From an uncultured Verrucomicrobiae bacterium (GTDB taxonomy: Bacteria; Verrucomicrobiota; Verrucomicrobiia; Limisphaerales; Palsa-1400), in contig OY969763.1 in NCBI GenBank assembly GCA_963702845.1, positions 5,536,001 through 5,600,000 on the forward strand: a stretch of DNA of 64,000 bases, written 5' to 3'. Made by a program: the position numbers and the translations under genes. The notes under the pieces are model-generated. The model searched no databases. It was given only the letters and a program-made list of their open reading frames with translations, and was not told the DNA's origin. Shown one piece after another: positions 60,580 to 64,000 of this stretch (the stretch's first letter is position 1; every line of letters starts with the position of its first letter).

Positions 60580-61845
60580 GTGTTCGTGGATGTGAATAAA
60601 TCCGGCAACGAGGCGACACAAAATTCAATGTCCATACGAATGTCCTGCTCAACGAGGTACGCACTGGCAGTCGCCATCATTGGCGTCGTGACCATGTTGC
60701 GAATGTTATTAAGCCCTTTACTTGGCTCGCACTTTCCATTTTCCACTTACTACATTGGCGTCACGATCGCGATGTGGCTGTGTGGCACAGCCCCCGCCAT
60801 CACCGCATGCCTGCTTGGGTATATCGGTGCGGAGTATTTTTTCTACGGCCGCCCCGCCATGGACGTCGATCCGGCTGGCGTTTTGATGTATTTCGCCGTG
60901 ACTGTGACGATTATCGGCGTTGGCCGGTCCATGCAGCGCGCGAAACATCGCGTCGAAGCTAGCATGGCTGAAGCCAAACTCCGTCACCAGGAATACGAGC
61001 GGGAAATCATTCGCCGCCAGGGTGTCGAACGGGAACTGGAAGCAACGAGGCAAGCGCTGCGCGATTACGCGCACACGTTGGAAGATCAGGTGGCCGAACG
61101 CACTCAGAAACTCACCGAGACGATCAAGTCTCTCGAAGGTTTTTGTTACACCATTGCACACGATTTGCGCACGCCCATCCGTGCGATGCAGGGATACGCC
61201 AGCGTGCTGGTCGATGAATGCGAGTTGACCGCGCGCGGCAAAGATTACGCCGCGAAGATCAGCCAATCCGCTTGCCGCATGGATCAGCTCGTGCAGGACT
61301 TGCTGGCTTATGGTCGGTTGACGCACGAACCGGTGGCGCTGAGTTCCGTCGACGTGGAGTCGGTGCTCGATCAATTGTTGTCGCACATGCACGACGAAAC
61401 GCACGAGGCGCAAGTGTCGGTGTTACGACCGTTACCGAAAGTTCTGGCACAGCCAACGATTCTAACTCAGGCGCTCGGTAATTTGCTCCGCAACGCGATC
61501 AAGTTTGTGAAGCCGGGGACGATGCCGAACATTTATATTCGCGCCGAGGAGTTGCCGTATTCGATTCGGATTTGCATCGATGACAACGGCATTGGGATTG
61601 ACCCGCAGTATCACGATAAAATTTTCCATGTGTTCGAGCGCCTGCATCGGCCGGAAGAATATCCTGGCACGGGAATTGGCCTGGCGATTGTCAAAAAAGG
61701 AATCGAACGTCTCGGCGGTCGCGTGGGTTTGAAATCGACTCCTGGTAAAGGAAGCTGTTTTTGGGTCGAACTCGAAAAGGCGAGCGCGGCGGTCGGAAAG
61801 ATGGTCGACGGATTGAGCAACAAACTTACGCAGGCGGCGAGCTAA
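60580..61845 (+). CDS. Orphan sensor histidine kinase with a DUF4118-like membrane domain
   Basis: Four TMs, AHDLRTP, NLLRNAIKF, DNGIGI, IFHVFERL, GTGIGLA; true start may be 60628 or 60640. Confidence 0.9.
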   Translation: MFVDVNKSGNEATQNSMSIRMSCSTRYALAVAIIGVVTMLRMLLSPLLGSHFPFSTYYIGVTIAMWLCGTAPAITACLLGYIGAEYFFYGRPAMDVDPAGVLMYFAVTVTIIGVGRSMQRAKHRVEASMAEAKLRHQEYEREIIRRQGVERELEATRQALRDYAHTLEDQVAERTQKLTETIKSLEGFCYTIAHDLRTPIRAMQGYASVLVDECELTARGKDYAAKISQSACRMDQLVQDLLAYGRLTHEPVALSSVDVESVLDQLLSHMHDETHEAQVSVLRPLPKVLAQPTILTQALGNLLRNAIKFVKPGTMPNIYIRAEELPYSIRICIDDNGIGIDPQYHDKIFHVFERLHRPEEYPGTGIGLAIVKKGIERLGGRVGLKSTPGKGSCFWVELEKASAAVGKMVDGLSNKLTQAAS

Positions 61846-63156
61846 GGTCGGTTTTTGTATTTGTTGTAGAGTCGCGTATGGCGGCTCTCCAAAGACATCT
61901 CTTTGCCCGCGATCCAGACGTGACGAACGTTGGCGCGGAGGTCGAGGAGGCTTCCGTCGCACGCAAATAAGGTTGCGTCTTTGCCGGGTTCGATTGAGCC
62001 GAGCTTGTCTGAGACGCCGGCGATTTGCGCGGGATACAAAGTCACTCCTTTGATTGCTTCATCTTCGGGCAGGCCGAACGCGACGGCTTGCGCTGCTTCG
62101 TAGGGCAGGTTTTTGATCAGGGATGCAATGAAGGTGCTGCCGCCCAGGCTGAAGCTCACTTTCACTCCTGCTTTGTGCAGTTTTTCCGGCGCGGTGTAAT
62201 GCGAGTCGTAGGACTCGTAATCATGTGCGGGCTGTTGATAGGTGTGCTCCCAAATCACCGGGATATTCTTCTGCGCCAATAAATCCGCCGTCATCCAGGC
62301 ATCGCGACCACCGGCGATCACGAGTTTGAAGTGATTCGTGTCGGCCCATTTGATTGCCGCTTTGATTTCGCGCACGTCGTTGGCATGAACGATGATCGGC
62401 AATTCGGCGCGAACATATGGACGCATCGCTTCCCATGATGGATTTCTGCCGGGGTCGGCGGCGGCATTTGTTTTGGCGACGTCGCGGGCCAAAACGTAGG
62501 CGCGGGCATCCTGGAAAAAATCATCGAGCGATTTGAGTTTGTTGGTGCGTTCCTTGGCCTGGTCTTCGGGTGATTTCCATTTGGCTTTGTCCTTCACCTT
62601 TTCTTTCGGTGTGAGGTCCAGGTCCATATCGGGCCAGTAGACGTGGAGGGCGATGGGTTTTTTGTAGGCCATCTGCTCGCTCGTCCAACCGTCGAGAACA
62701 ACCAGTCCGGATTGGCCTGCGACGATGTTGCCTTGTGGAGCGGGTTCGACGTGCGTGACGCCGTTGGCACGAGTGACGGGGAGAAGTTCGGAATCTGGAT
62801 TGACGGCGATCCACGATTTCACGTCCGGAACGAAGTCGCCGACTTCGCGTTCGTCGAGCGTGGCGCGAACGCCGCTGAGTTCAGTCAGGCCGAGCGACGT
62901 GTCCAAGGCGATCATGCCCGGATAGAGATGCTGGCCTTTTAGATCGAGGACGGATGCATCGCTCTCGATGTGCGCAGAGACTTATTTGATTTTGCCGTTT
63001 TCGATCAGGACGTCGCCGGGGTTGAGGGTGGAGCCGGAGACGGTGTGAACGATGGCATTGCGAAGAAGAAGTTGTTCTCCACGCAAACGGCAAGAGCGAT
63101 AACCCAAAAACCGCAAACGCTATTGGAAATTTGAGATTTGAGATTTGAAATCTCAT
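61842..63156 (-). CDS. Secreted amidohydrolase family protein (frameshifts near 63083 and 62981)
   Basis: LLLRNAIVHTVSG..GDVLIENGKI, DLKGQHLYPG, TLYPAQIAG, GSIEPGKDA; ATGA overlap with the upstream gene. Confidence 0.85.
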
Positions 63157-64000
63157 TGTTCGTCCTCCTCGCAATGCCGGACTTTGCCGTCGTACCGATG
63201 TTCTAGACTCACTTCGAAAAATTTCTTTTTGGCTGCGGCACTGCTGTCTTTGTCGCTGTCGCCTTTGGTGGCTTCTTTCGCTTTTTTGATTAAGGCGCGG
63301 CGTTCTTTATCGATGGCAGCAAAACGGGCTTTCGATTGATCGCGGTCGAAATATTTTTTGCCGTCGATCCAGGTTTGGAGGCAGACGCTCGAAGAATCGA
63401 GCGGGTTCTTGGACCAGATGGCGAGATCGGCGTCTTTGCCGGCTTCCAGAGAGCCGACGTATTTGTCGATGCGCAGTTGTTTGGCCGGATTCAGCGTTAC
63501 GAATTTCAGAGCTTCGATTTCCGGTGTACCGCCGTATTTGACTGCTTTGGCGGCTTCCAGATTGAGATGGCGCGCGAGGTCGGAGGAATCGGAGTTGAAC
63601 GAAACAACTACGCCGCGGTCGTGCATGAGGCTGCCGTTGTAGGGAATGGCGTCGTAGACTTCGAATTTGTAGGCCCACCAATCAGCGAAGGTCGATCCTC
63701 CAACTTTGCCGTCGGCGAGTTCCTCGGCGATTTTGTAGCCTTCGAGCACGTGCTGGAACGAGCCGATCTGGACGTCGAAACCTTGCATGAGACGCAGGAG
63801 CATCAGGATTTCGTCCTGACGATAGGAATGGCAGTGGATCCAGCGTTTGCCTTGCAGAATTTCGCCGATCGCTTCGAGTTCGAGATCACGACGGGGTGCA
63901 GTTTTCGTTTTGTCGGATTGTTTTTTGGGCGAACCATCGGTGGTGCCGTGTCTTTGTAGTCGTCCCATTCTTTGAGATAGCGCTGGGCGGCGATGAAGCG
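63153..64000 (-). CDS. Amidohydrolase family protein, 3' part (5' end outside the window)
   Basis: IHCHSYRQDE, QHVLEGYK, DWWAYKFEV, NSDS, TLNPAKQL, GSLEAGKDAD. Confidence 0.9.
   Translation of the reverse strand, partial: LHRRPALSQRMGRLQRHGTTDGSPKKQSDKTKTAPRRDLELEAIGEILQGKRWIHCHSYRQDEILMLLRLMQGFDVQIGSFQHVLEGYKIAEELADGKVGGSTFADWWAYKFEVYDAIPYNGSLMHDRGVVVSFNSDSSDLARHLNLEAAKAVKYGGTPEIEALKFVTLNPAKQLRIDKYVGSLEAGKDADLAIWSKNPLDSSSVCLQTWIDGKKYFDRDQSKARFAAIDKERRALIKKAKEATKGDSDKDSSAAAKKKFFEVSLEHRYDGKVRHCEEDEQ

Noticed and set aside
1..64000. tRNA/rRNA genes, prophage, IS elements, defence systems
   Set aside because: No T-loop/cloverleaf, rRNA signature, integrase, transposase or defence-type motif recognised by eye

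Overview
A 64-kb, gene-dense bacterial chromosomal segment, mostly housekeeping. Gene content (H-X9-DG prepilin-like protein, Pro-rich 'KKETVRI' protein, sulfatase, full-length AddAB, squalene-hopene cyclase) suggests Verrucomicrobiota, probably subdivision 3; this is an inference. Recognisable genes: rpiB, moeA, addAB, holA, an algD-like dehydrogenase, trxA, actP with DUF485, a PilB/GspE ATPase, dapAB, ychF, a DsrE/F/H-like triad, dnaG, rsfS, a PurA-like protein, GH43, PfpI, a two-component system with a large ankyrin protein, shc, pyrD and two amidohydrolases. I found no rRNA, tRNA, CRISPR array, integrase or transposase. Single-base frameshifts interrupt addA, the DsrH-like gene and the sulfatase, and many more occur after about 55.6 kb; these look like long-read consensus errors. 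The most unusual items are: (1) a ~1-kb region (18.7-19.7 kb) behind a near-consensus sigma70 promoter, built of modules of 10-bp-phased repeats, A/T tracts and ATGAAC mini-ORFs, leading into the orphan algD-like gene; (2) an OmpR-type box shared by the two-component operon and a TPR/coiled-coil/ankyrin/SLBB-like fusion gene; (3) a three-hairpin sRNA candidate near 49.1 kb; (4) repeated signs of leaderless transcription, convergent stop-codon overlaps, REP-like elements and heptamer repeats read in frame inside proteins. All calls come from reading the sequence; no searches were run.
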